Position numbers and translations under genes: made by a program. Shown piece after piece: positions 1 to 10,434 of a DNA stretch of 64,000 nucleotides (positions are counted from its first letter, which is position 1; every line of letters begins with the position of its first letter). The DNA is from Corallochytrium limacisporum Hawaii (lineage: Eukaryota; Protista; Pluriformea): assembly GCA_002811645.1 (NCBI GenBank), contig PDIP01000033.1, positions 1 through 64,000 of the forward strand, read 5' to 3'. Below the pieces are notes generated by a model. That model ran no database searches. It was not told where the DNA came from and worked only from the letters and a program-made list of their open reading frames with translations.

Positions 1-383
1 GGGGGAGTACCATGAGGGTCTACGAAGAGGAAAAAGAGGGAAGGGGGAGGGGGGGGAAAGGGGGGAAAAGGTGGGAGAGGATGACAATGGGGAAAGGGGA
101 ATGGTGTGATCAGTTTGCTCGGCATAGCTGTTCATCAATCTGACGGAAATACACATAAACATCCGATCATTAATCATGAACTGCAGTATACTAATTCGTA
201 TGCGTTTAATCTGAAGAATCCGTGCACGATCACCTATTTAAGGATCTCAGTCATAGGAGATCAAATGAAAGGAACAAGACCACACAACAAACGCCCTGTA
301 CCAACACTTTGTCAACACCCATAAAGAAACAAGGCTACTTTTCAGTGTTAAGTTCGTCAGCAAGTTCAACTTGTACAGAAACC

Positions 384-2060
384 ATGTCTTCAGAACATCA
401 AAACCTCGAGGACATTCCTAAGGTAGTGATCCCTGACACCAAGGACAACAAGAAGGAATCCGAGGCTTACTCGCCAAAGACTCCTGGAGCATGGTCTCAG
501 AAAACCATTGATGGACTTCCAGTCTCGGCCATCTTCATTCTTGTGGTCGAGTTCTGTGAACGTCTAACCTTCTATGGTGCCTCTCTGTGCTTCTTCTTGT
601 ACATGACAGACATGCTCGGATGGGACACCTCCACAGCTAATGCTGCTTACAATGGCTTCACATTCTGGTGCTACTTCACTTCATTGATCGGTGCCTACAT
701 TGCTGATGCGCACCTGGGTCGGTACAAGACCATCCTGTACTTTGCCTGTGTGTACATGGTAGGTGTAGTCCTGCTGACTCTGGGTGCGACTGGACTTGGC
801 TATGGAGACTTCAGCAACCCCCCCGGGACTAAGAATGCGTTCGCGACCTGGTCTTTCATCGCCTCCCTATTTCTGATTGGTCTTGGTACTGGTGGTATCA
901 AGTCTAACGTCTCTCCCATGGTTGCCGACCAGCTGCACAATATTTCTGCTGCTGATGTGGAGAAAGTTTTCAAGTTCTTCTACTGGGCTATCAACGCTGG
1001 CGCTTTCATTGGTATTCTGGTCTCTCCCGTTCTCCATCACTTTGGGACCAAGTTCCAGGGCCCCGACATGGACGCTGCCGAGGGTACCTCTTACTGGATG
1101 GCATACTTGTTCCCGACAATTGTATTCTTCGTTGGATTCTTCATCTACGTTATAGGCAGGCGCTACTACTCCGTTGTGAAGCCTACTGGTTCTCTGCTGA
1201 GTCGCATGTTGGGTCTGACATGGCACGCCGCTAAGGAACGGAAGCACCACAAGAGGACCGGCGTCCCGCCAAAGCGCGTCGAAGAGGAGGGTGATTACGA
1301 GAATGTGAAAGGATTCCTGGACTACGCTTTCCCGGCCTACACCAAGCAGGATATTGCTGATCTCCGTCAGACTCTCCACGCTTGCAAGGTCATGACCGTT
1401 TTCCCTATCTTCTGGGTTCTGTACAACCAGATGTCCACTAATTTCATTGAGCAGGGAACCATGATGCAGCGCCCATCTTGGCTTACTGCTGACCAGCTGA
1501 ACCTTGTTGATCCCTTGGTCATCATGATCTTCATCCCCTTCTGCCAGTACTGGTTCTACCCTTGGATCCGCTCCTTTGGCTACAAGCTGGGTTGCATTTC
1601 TCGCATTTCCATTGGTTTTGCCATCATTGCCTCCGCCTTCGTCTACGCTGGTATCTTGCAGATCATCATCAACAAATCCGAACCGAACTCCGTGTCCATT
1701 TGGCTTCAGATCCCTGCATATGGCCTCATTGGTATGGGAGAGATTTTCTCTTCAACCACTGGACTTGAGTACGCCTATGCAGTCGCACCCGGTAGCATGA
1801 AGTCGCTGTGTATGTCCTTCTTCCTGCTGACCACAGCCATCGCCTCTTTGATCGGTTTGATCATCGCCCCCGTTATGGTGCCCGACAACTACGTCATCAT
1901 CTTCTTCGTGTTCTCCGGCGTAATGGGTGTTCTGGCTCCCCTCTACTACTGGGTGTTCAAGAACTGCGATGTCGAGGTCATTGAACAGGGTGAGTACGAA
2001 ACTGACTCGGAGCACACCATCAACTACGAAGTCGATGTTGATGTTCCCAATCTCCGCTAA
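384..2060 (+). CDS. Proton-dependent oligopeptide transporter (POT/PTR2, SLC15 family)
   Basis: ExxERF-like motif (EFCERLTFYG), GAYIADAHLGRYKTI, GTGGIKSNV, FYWAINAG and about 12 hydrophobic helices. Start placed at the first ATG (accATG, 384) of the 222..2060 frame. Confidence 0.93.
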   Translation: MSSEHQNLEDIPKVVIPDTKDNKKESEAYSPKTPGAWSQKTIDGLPVSAIFILVVEFCERLTFYGASLCFFLYMTDMLGWDTSTANAAYNGFTFWCYFTSLIGAYIADAHLGRYKTILYFACVYMVGVVLLTLGATGLGYGDFSNPPGTKNAFATWSFIASLFLIGLGTGGIKSNVSPMVADQLHNISAADVEKVFKFFYWAINAGAFIGILVSPVLHHFGTKFQGPDMDAAEGTSYWMAYLFPTIVFFVGFFIYVIGRRYYSVVKPTGSLLSRMLGLTWHAAKERKHHKRTGVPPKRVEEEGDYENVKGFLDYAFPAYTKQDIADLRQTLHACKVMTVFPIFWVLYNQMSTNFIEQGTMMQRPSWLTADQLNLVDPLVIMIFIPFCQYWFYPWIRSFGYKLGCISRISIGFAIIASAFVYAGILQIIINKSEPNSVSIWLQIPAYGLIGMGEIFSSTTGLEYAYAVAPGSMKSLCMSFFLLTTAIASLIGLIIAPVMVPDNYVIIFFVFSGVMGVLAPLYYWVFKNCDVEVIEQGEYETDSEHTINYEVDVDVPNLR

Positions 2061-4183
2061 ATCCACTTCACCATCCCACATGAATGCACAACGCACACAC
2101 ACACCACAGAATGTCACATTATCAACATCGTCAAATTAGCATATAGTAATTTTAGTAAAATAAACCAACGCATTTGTATTCAAACCAACAACCATAGCTT
2201 AGCTTGTACGACCTCAAAGTCAGGAAACACTAGTACCAAGCTGCTGCGTGGCATCACCCACAGGTCGATCACATGGAAGACCCGGAAAACCATTGTCCCC
2301 TCCACAGATGGTCGACATCGACCCTGAGTGGTTCCGATACCTCTGTACCAGACCACGTCGGCTCCAAAAGGTGGCCTAATTGACCGATCGCTGTTCCTCC
2401 GGCAGTGCAAGTGGGCACGTAATTTTTTTTATTTGCCCGGGGTCCAAGAAAGAGCGGATGGTTTTGGCCGGGAAATTCTCTCTACCATGGTATATACTAG
2501 AAGGTGCGTGAATTGTCCGCGGCGTATATTTTTTGGTACGAATTCCAGTCCAGCAGATTAAAAAAAGCTCACGCCCGTCTGCAATGGTTTGCGCGCACGG
2601 TCACACGCACTGGAGCACATGCGCACGGTGAGGAAAGTCGACGGGCAACCAGTCAGCAACGTACGTGCTCACCTCTCCGAAATTTTCTTCACGTTCTCTA
2701 ATACTGGATACCGACGAAACCAATATGAAAAAGCACGCGTCCGTGTCATAATCACATTCACGCACAGTACGTTTTGTCCACAGCTGTACTGTGGTCAGGT
2801 ACACCGGTGGATACACCCTAGGACGCCTTGTCTATAGCACGGGAGGGCACCAGTGAGAAAATTATACCGATCGTAGGAGAGCGTCAGAAGGATGGACAGA
2901 AGGCCAGGCAAGTCAACCCCAGCTCAGTTCCCAGCTCGACAGGTTCATTTCAAATCACACCGACCTTATTGTACAGCAGAAGGACATGGCCACCAGTTCC
3001 GAAACCCCGCTGTGGCCACCTGCGAAGGGAAGCAATACCGAGAAGTCAGTAGCCCAATCGCAAACCTACGAAAAGTCGGAACAAGGCACCGGCCCGGTAT
3101 GGAAGCCAGTCACGCCGGCCCAGACAGTTGAGAGTTAGTAGCCGAAACCAACAAATGATAGTAAAGCATACAAGAAGTACCTAAGGGAAGCGAACAACGA
3201 AGACAGCCCCATCCGAGCCGCTCGTAAATGGTAAAACTTCGACACGGAACGACTAGCTGACTAAGCGAGAACTCTGCGTACACACTCTAGTCAAAGACTG
3301 GTGGGTCTTCGTCTTCCTTGCGTGTCACATAGCATCGTAACCGGATACGCGAGGTAACCAGACTACCAGCAGTGCCAATTGCTGAGCAGAAAGTGGTCTA
3401 GAGGTGTCCTCCGCTCGGCACGACGTCTGAGCAGATGGTCTTGCTTGTTTGACTTTTTAAACAATTTGAGGAATGTTGTCAGAAAACTTACTCCCCTACC
3501 TCCCTTCAGGTGCCTTCATTTCAGAAAAATGACTCAGTTGTTTCCAATGAAATAACAACGGCCGTTCGAGGGGCCGGGCTACGCAGTCTGGCTATGCATT
3601 TTCTACCAGAGAATCTCCTGTTAATTCCAGCTATCTCTTCCATTTTTTTGTTGGTTTCAGCGCCACAGAGATCAGGAACGAACCCTTAGTGTGGATGGAT
3701 GGTTTGTGACACACAAAAAGTGTTTTCACATCGGAGTTGCTTCCGTACGTAAATTTTTCCTGTTTTCTTTCCGGGGAATGTGGTTTTCATTTCACTCGCT
3801 GGCCCCGCTGAAGACGCCACCTTCCCCGTCCTCCCCGGCGCCTGATGAGCCGCTCTGGAGGTGGAGAGATGGTAGGGTTGAGCTTGTTTGGTAGTACGTT
3901 CAAGTTCTGTGTACCGAGACCAGCCTGTAAGAGATGGGCCAAAACAGATGCGCATCACTTGGGAGCAGCGCAGCGGGGGGGGTCCAACCCTGCGGCATTC
4001 GGGCTCGGCTGACCACCACCACCTAAACCCACAACGAACGATGATTACAGCATAGCGAATAAGACCTGATAATTCCAAACAGGCGTAGGGTATACAATAT
4101 TGCTTCCTTTTGACATGGTCAAGCGGCGATCATTTACAGGAAGTGGGTTTGTCCTGTTCCATATCTCATCCGAGATTCAAGAT

Positions 4184-4585
4184 ATGACCGCATCATCAGA
4201 TCTTCTTGCTCACCCTCAGACCCTCGCAGATCGAATTCTCATTGAGTGGGTTGATGGAGGCAAAGTAGACAAATTTCTCCGAATATTCGAGGAGTCTACT
4301 GTCTGGTACTATAATAACGTCGCTGTAACAGGTCCCGAGGCATGCAACAAGTTCCTAGCCAGCGCCGCCACCCTGTACAAGAGCACTCGCCACCATAGTA
4401 TGACAAGCTACACTGCGGGAAATGTAATTTTCACTGTGGGCCAGGTAGAGTATACTAAAAATGATGAAACCAAGTTGGATGTGCAATTCATCGACATGTT
4501 CCAGCTTGCGGATGATGCAACAGTGGAAACCCCAAAGATGAAAGTGATCCGCACGGTAGTAGATAACCATGCCCTGGGACAGTGA
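4184..4585 (+). CDS. Small SnoaL/NTF2-like fold protein
   Basis: 133 aa ORF. The pattern VDGGKVDKFLRIF...WYYNN..VTGPEA..KFL...TRHH...IFTVGQVEYT...FIDMF resembles SnoaL-like domains. Confidence 0.6.
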   Translation: MTASSDLLAHPQTLADRILIEWVDGGKVDKFLRIFEESTVWYYNNVAVTGPEACNKFLASAATLYKSTRHHSMTSYTAGNVIFTVGQVEYTKNDETKLDVQFIDMFQLADDATVETPKMKVIRTVVDNHALGQ

Positions 4586-4741
4586 ACTATGTACAATGAG
4601 GTATAGTTATCATTATGTCAATATAGTCACATGACACCATAGTTGATGCTTGGTATTGCCTTGAATGAGGATGGTCCTTAATTGAAAAGGAATGCATTTT
4701 AATGAATAAACGTGTTCGGCAACTGATCTCCTAGCGCAAGT

Positions 4742-5326
4742 TTAGGCGCACGATCTGAGTGAGAGATCGCGTACCTGTCCTCCTTTGTAATCACAGACGG
4801 GGTCACTACGCATTACTTTTGGCACAGAGTCACGTCCTGCCATACCACGACCAGTACCGTCACTGTTGAAGCGATGTTTGTGAGAGCCTGTGTATCCGGA
4901 GCTGTCAGTATGACGATCAACGACAGAGCTGGAAGACGTGGTCTTAAGATCGTGTCTGGAATCTCCAAGAGAAGCCTTGGATGAGATCTTGCTGAACATG
5001 CTCATATTTGATGCCTAGCTGACACTCTGAAGATTGTTGGCAGATGCTCCGTTCCGACCTGCACTGAAATTCTGCGTACTTCCAGAGAAATCAGTCACTC
5101 GGGTCAGACTTTGAGCGGCCGCCTCAGGTGGCACCGGGCTGACATATGTGTAAAGCTCTGGTGAGGTTTTGCTTATAAGATCAACAATCTTTGCATAGGC
5201 TTCGTTGGAACGAATGTTTGGATATTTGTGGGCTGAAATGATCATGAGAGCGTTCTTGAATGCTCGAATTCTAGCTTTCTCTGAGCAGCCCCCAACCAAG
5301 CCCACCTCTCGGAATGCTATGTACAT
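4742..5326 (-). pseudogene. Unknown ORF interrupted by one in-frame TAG (5015-5017)
   Basis: ORFs 5015..5407 and 4742..5005 share a frame and are joined by TAG-GCA-TCA-AAT. Composition is protein-like on both sides. Confidence 0.35.
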
Positions 5327-8300
5327 ACCCCTCCTTGATTTGCAAAGTAGAGTATTATTGAGCTTAATATTAAATGTTTGGAAATGAGTAAGAGATGTCA
5401 TTCTCAAGTGGGTAATTATTTACACCTCCGTGCAAAGTTGCGAGTGGCTTTCGGTTGCTGGGGTGGGTCTTTCAGAGGGTGGGCCCAGTGTTCGTTTGCG
5501 GTACCGAACCCGCGCAGTCAAACGGGGCGCTCATTCAATTCCAAACCATTGTAGCACACGCCAGAGCGCACGCATACCTTTTTCATGAGTTTTTCAGAAC
5601 GATAGTAACCAACTGACAAGTGCCCCCGGCCAGGCCGATCAAAATGTACGGGGCCCGTCCTCACGGTTTTGTCCAATTTCTTTTTTTTTTTCCTTTTTCG
5701 TTTAAGGTCCCAGTGAGGACAATGGCACGCGAGGCGCCCAAGATACCCCACTGTCCACAGTTGGCAGTAAGCCATGCGGTTCAATTTTGTTTTCCGAGAG
5801 CCCCACGGGGGCCTTTTTTCAGCTGGTACGCGCAACCCCCCAAACCCCCCCCCCCGAGCGAGGAGGGGCGTGTTTGATTGACTGGTACGAAAATGAGCAC
5901 TCCCACACGCGCACACTCCGGAAGGCGGTGAGAATTTGTATGTGACCCACCGCCTACTATTCCTGCAACAGTGGGGGAGTGCACGAAGACGCATCCCATC
6001 GCACGGTATGGGTGGGTATGAAGCACCCAAGCCCACACACAGTCCTCGGACAAAAGCCACTTGTATGGGCTTTCCCAGCCCTTCATTTCGGGAACAGATG
6101 AGAGAAAGAGAGACACAGAGAGGAGATGGACCGACTGCGGGCAGCGTTATGCGGGAACTGAGGGCTGTACCTGCGAATAACCCAGACCAACACCAAGACC
6201 CACCGTCGCCCACAGTTCCCCCAAAGGGCACACACACGGTTCTTACCGTGCACACCAAAGAAAGGTCCGTATGTGGAAAGTTGCCGACAGATTCAGACCG
6301 CTGTCCTTTCCCAGTTCCAAATGCGTGGACCAAATAGCGACCCCTTGACTCAGATCAGATTTATCTCCGCTTCAAACTGTGCTTTGATCGAGAAGACGGT
6401 CCGCCCACAACATTGAAGAGGCCGTTCATGCTTAGACGGGTGTCCACCATGTTCACTGACAGCTGATGCCAACGCTGTTACAGATGGGAGCGATTGATAC
6501 GCTTCGTGGAAGCCAAGATTCGTGAGACTGGTGTTCACTTCTGTGGATAACAAGGAATTGAACGCGGGTGATGTGTGCCTAAGTCTGTCATGGGGTCGGG
6601 CATATTGGTTGCTCGATGCACAGTCCTTGGCCAGCGGCGATTCTCTTGGGTCTATTGAATCGTGATGGTGTCAATATTCGTGACTCTTTCCAAGTGCCGG
6701 TTTGACAGTCCTTGGCGTGAGGCAGGAGCACGAAGAAAATTTCTTCCGGCTTGGGCGAATGTGCTGAACCTGATCCTATGGTCACCACTAATACTGCGTG
6801 GGTATAGCAAGAGCCTTGGTTTCCAAATCCATCTTCGTGCCTGCCCCGTACGGGTAACATTTCCATTGTACTAGTATATGTATAACAACTTCCTCCTTGA
6901 GCCATCCAAGTCTCGTGGTCTCAACATGTGCAACAGACTGTAATACGGGGCCAACCTGGGTGTCACTGCCACAGTAATAGGTGCTGAGCGGAAGGAGAGG
7001 AATTGCATAACAGCGGGTTCGTACTTTCTGTACAGGCGGTACTACTCTTAAATACGGCAGACCCTTACCACAATAAACGTTCCCACTGTATCAAGCACAT
7101 CAAAACAATCGCCACCGTTTCGAAATGATATTGGCAAGGGTTTTCCTACCTCCACTGCTCTACCCTGTTTTCGGTAGGGTGGCTCGACCCTCACCATACT
7201 TGCATATGATAGTAAATTACTCCGCCCCGAAGACACTAAATCATCCACCCTTTCTACTCCATCTCGTACTGGTTTTCATATATTGGCCATGCCCACCCTC
7301 TGAGCTCGTCGCACATGCGCTACAACTATTATCTTGATATGACCGGCTCCGATGCTGCATGTCTGTTGCCTCCCTCGCTCTCCCTCCTCCACCCTCCTCT
7401 CTACTCCGCTTGGCAGTTCTCCTAAACCCGATCTGCCGCAACGGCAGCACAGCAGCCAACTCTAATACCCAATGTCCCTCATTTTTTCTGGTCTCATTTC
7501 ACCGTGCACCAAATTTCTTTCAAGAAAATTGAGTATCAGTAGGCGCTGTGCTCAGTCATTAGCACCAGGTATCCGCCGAGATCTACCCTAGGAAGAGGCA
7601 ATGCTAAGGGTTCCCATAGCTGGCCCTATATCGATCGTAGCTCATTGACCGGCTCTGATAATCCCCCCTTTCCATTTCCGGCCATGGCTACAGTTCACTA
7701 TAACGAATGTACCACATACTCCCGTGTGCTCCCATTCCCTCACTCCTCCGTTCCCGTCTCTTCTCAATGTTTCCCTTATAACGTTGCAATGCTCACCCTC
7801 AGCCTGGACTCAGGGTGATAGACGGGAGAGGGCTAGACGGAGGGGCCATAGGGCGTATGAGAAGTGAAAAATCAAAACAGGCCAGTCAGATAGTGTAAAC
7901 GCTAAGGAAGTAGACCACTTACCCAATTATTCAGTTGTCGCACTTACTGCCGATTTGTAGTGCGAGCATTTGGGTACAATTTTTGGAACCATTGACTTTC
8001 CAACAGGGAACCAGACATAGATGGAGAGAATCGTCTTGTCGAAAACCTCTGCGCGAGGAACACAGGCGCTAATGGGACCAGCAATTCGCAGACACTAACT
8101 ATCAATAGCTACAACGTATTCTGCGCTCACCAACAGGCCTCCTTACCCCAAGCACTATCGAACCCCGGAAGCTCCAAGCCAACATCCTCATCAAGGCTCG
8201 ATATTTCTATACCAGGGTACCGACACTTCCACCCGTCAATAAGGAGAACCTGAGTGCGAAGTCTACAGAGCTCTCAGTCGGACGTGTGGGACATCAAGTA

Positions 8301-9357
8301 ACTGGGCAATTGGCTTTGAAATGTGCTTAAAACACAGTTCCAGTTCTCAAAGTCAAGACAGGCACCCTTTTTCCTGTCCCCTCCATGCGGTACTAGATCC
8401 CCTTTCCTGCGTTGGTCGCCAATCGACCGAGTTTCCTTCCTTTTTTGACCATCGATCCTTTCCCTAAGAGTCCGTCCGGACCGACTGCGCGGCAAGTGCT
8501 GCAGCAGTGGGAGAACTCGCGGAAATTTCATGTATCCGGCAGAGTGGTGTCAAATATGGCGAACAGTGAGGGCGGGCCCCGGGGGACGAAGGCAAGGAAT
8601 AGTAAGAAAAATTTCTCATTTTATGTCCCAACAGGTGCTTTTACTATGGTCACACAGACCAACGACCCGCGCAAAAGCGGCGGGCTTAGTCGAGACATCC
8701 CAGTCCAGTTTGGTTGAACCTGGGCAGTCTTTTCAGTAACTGTTGGGTTTCACGATACCCATCGATGTTGGTATCATTCTTTTAGTGTAAGACGAAAACA
8801 TCATACGAGATACCTAAGTAAAAATAAGATATCATAGTGCGCATCATGGTATGGGGATCACGATGATAGCCAGGCAACCAACTCCACTGAGCCAGACGAC
8901 GGGTGAACATGGTATGACCCTTTCGGTACTGAGGGGGCTCGCTTGAACGTGTGGTAAACTCTCAACGAAAGAAATACTCTCAACAAGTGCAGAATAATGC
9001 CCGCTTTGCTATGTTGGACTGTATCTTTGCGGTATTGGCCTCATGTTGTGGGCTCACATATACGTTGTTGGCGCCGGTGATCGCCTGGGAACGGAGGGCG
9101 GTATTCAAAATTGTAATGGACAGGTTATTCCCAAAAGCAGATACTTGTTCACCATACGTAGTCTGTAACTATGTCTACTCATGAGGCAATATGATTCTAT
9201 AGTAAAAACTTAAGATTCAAGATAGAAATAGGAAGTCATCTTCGTCGGCAGCCCAACAGATACTTAAAGAGATCACCAACTTGATCCAAGATCGCCTCCG
9301 GACCCTTGCACAAACAGGCTGTATCATAATCAGTGATAATTTCGAAGGAAAATAAGT

Positions 9358-10263
9358 ATGAAGTCAATTTTTGTTATGACCGTTGCAGCGCTGGCTGGAA
9401 CCGCCATCGCCGTTCCGCTCGGCGCTACTAGACAGATCAGCCCCAATGAACAGATCAGTGTCGTCGATGGTAGCACTATCCCCTTGCCTGAGGACTTCGA
9501 TCCTAATTCCGAGCAAGAGTTGTCGCTACCAGGCACCCGCCTTGTCCCGGAACCGCTACCCATGGATGGTGCCTGCGATTTTGGGGCCACTCCAATTCCC
9601 TGCGACAACTGTAATTTCGAGCGCGGCTTGGAAAACTGGAATTTGGTCACGAGCCTAGTTGCTGAGGACCTTGTCCCCACCGTCTCCACTAAAGATCCCG
9701 AAGGCCTGTATATTGAGAATCCACTGGGCGGAGACCTGGCTGTTGTCCGGGGCGCAGAGCCCGGTGTCTGGCAGGAAATCAGTCGCTCTTTTGAAGGCGC
9801 GCCAGAGGGCTCCCACATGGCTGGCTACTACTGTATCGACAACACGAACGGCTCTGTGGGTCAAGCACAGGTTCTCTACACCACACCAACCTTTGGTGGA
9901 GTCCTAGCAGAGGTCACTCCAGACAGTGAGGAGCGGGCCTGCGACGAGTACATCCGCTTTGTCTTCCCCGCAAACGAGCGCATTGTCTTCCGCACGCGCA
10001 CTATAGGAGATGGAACACAGTTCCCTCAAACTGGTGGCCTCATTGTCGATGGTGTAACTGTTTGTGCGCCAGACAGTGATCTTGATGGCATCCCCAATGA
10101 ATTTGATGCCTGTCCCGGAGACCCTACCAACTCTACTGAAAACGTCAATACCGATGGTGACTACTTGTGTGATGTTAATGACGAAAACCCGGAAGAGTCC
10201 GATGATCCCTTCGCGGGTCTTGACTTCCTCTTTGAACCTGTTGATCGCCTGCAAGAAGTCTAA
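9358..10263 (+). CDS. Secreted acidic protein with a putative jelly-roll/CBM-like domain and thrombospondin type-3-like Ca-binding repeats
   Basis: Signal peptide MKSIFVMTVAALAGTAIA, NCNFERGLENW motif, and C-terminal DSDLDGIPNEFDACP and NTDGDYLCDVNDENP (DxDxDG-type repeats). Confidence 0.75.
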   Translation: MKSIFVMTVAALAGTAIAVPLGATRQISPNEQISVVDGSTIPLPEDFDPNSEQELSLPGTRLVPEPLPMDGACDFGATPIPCDNCNFERGLENWNLVTSLVAEDLVPTVSTKDPEGLYIENPLGGDLAVVRGAEPGVWQEISRSFEGAPEGSHMAGYYCIDNTNGSVGQAQVLYTTPTFGGVLAEVTPDSEERACDEYIRFVFPANERIVFRTRTIGDGTQFPQTGGLIVDGVTVCAPDSDLDGIPNEFDACPGDPTNSTENVNTDGDYLCDVNDENPEESDDPFAGLDFLFEPVDRLQEV

Positions 10264-10434
10264 TCTAAATGGAGAAGCTAACCATGGGCTGCCGGCAGTC
10301 CATCCAATCATAAAGAAGATACTACAACTATATTCACATTGAGTTACATTCCATCTTGTTCACAACAATAGTACGCCCTATCAAATTGTGGTGTGCCAAT
10401 CAACAAGTGAGTTATTGACGTCGTGCTCTACGGA

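Noticed and set aside
867-1379. Antisense and alternative-frame ORFs overlapping real genes (many in the track)
   Set aside because: Shadow ORFs of codon-biased CDSs with no recognisable motifs.
5936-6476. Possible decayed ORF continuing through the TAG at 6335 (similarly 2828-3235)
   Set aside because: No recognisable homology; cannot be told apart from chance open frames.
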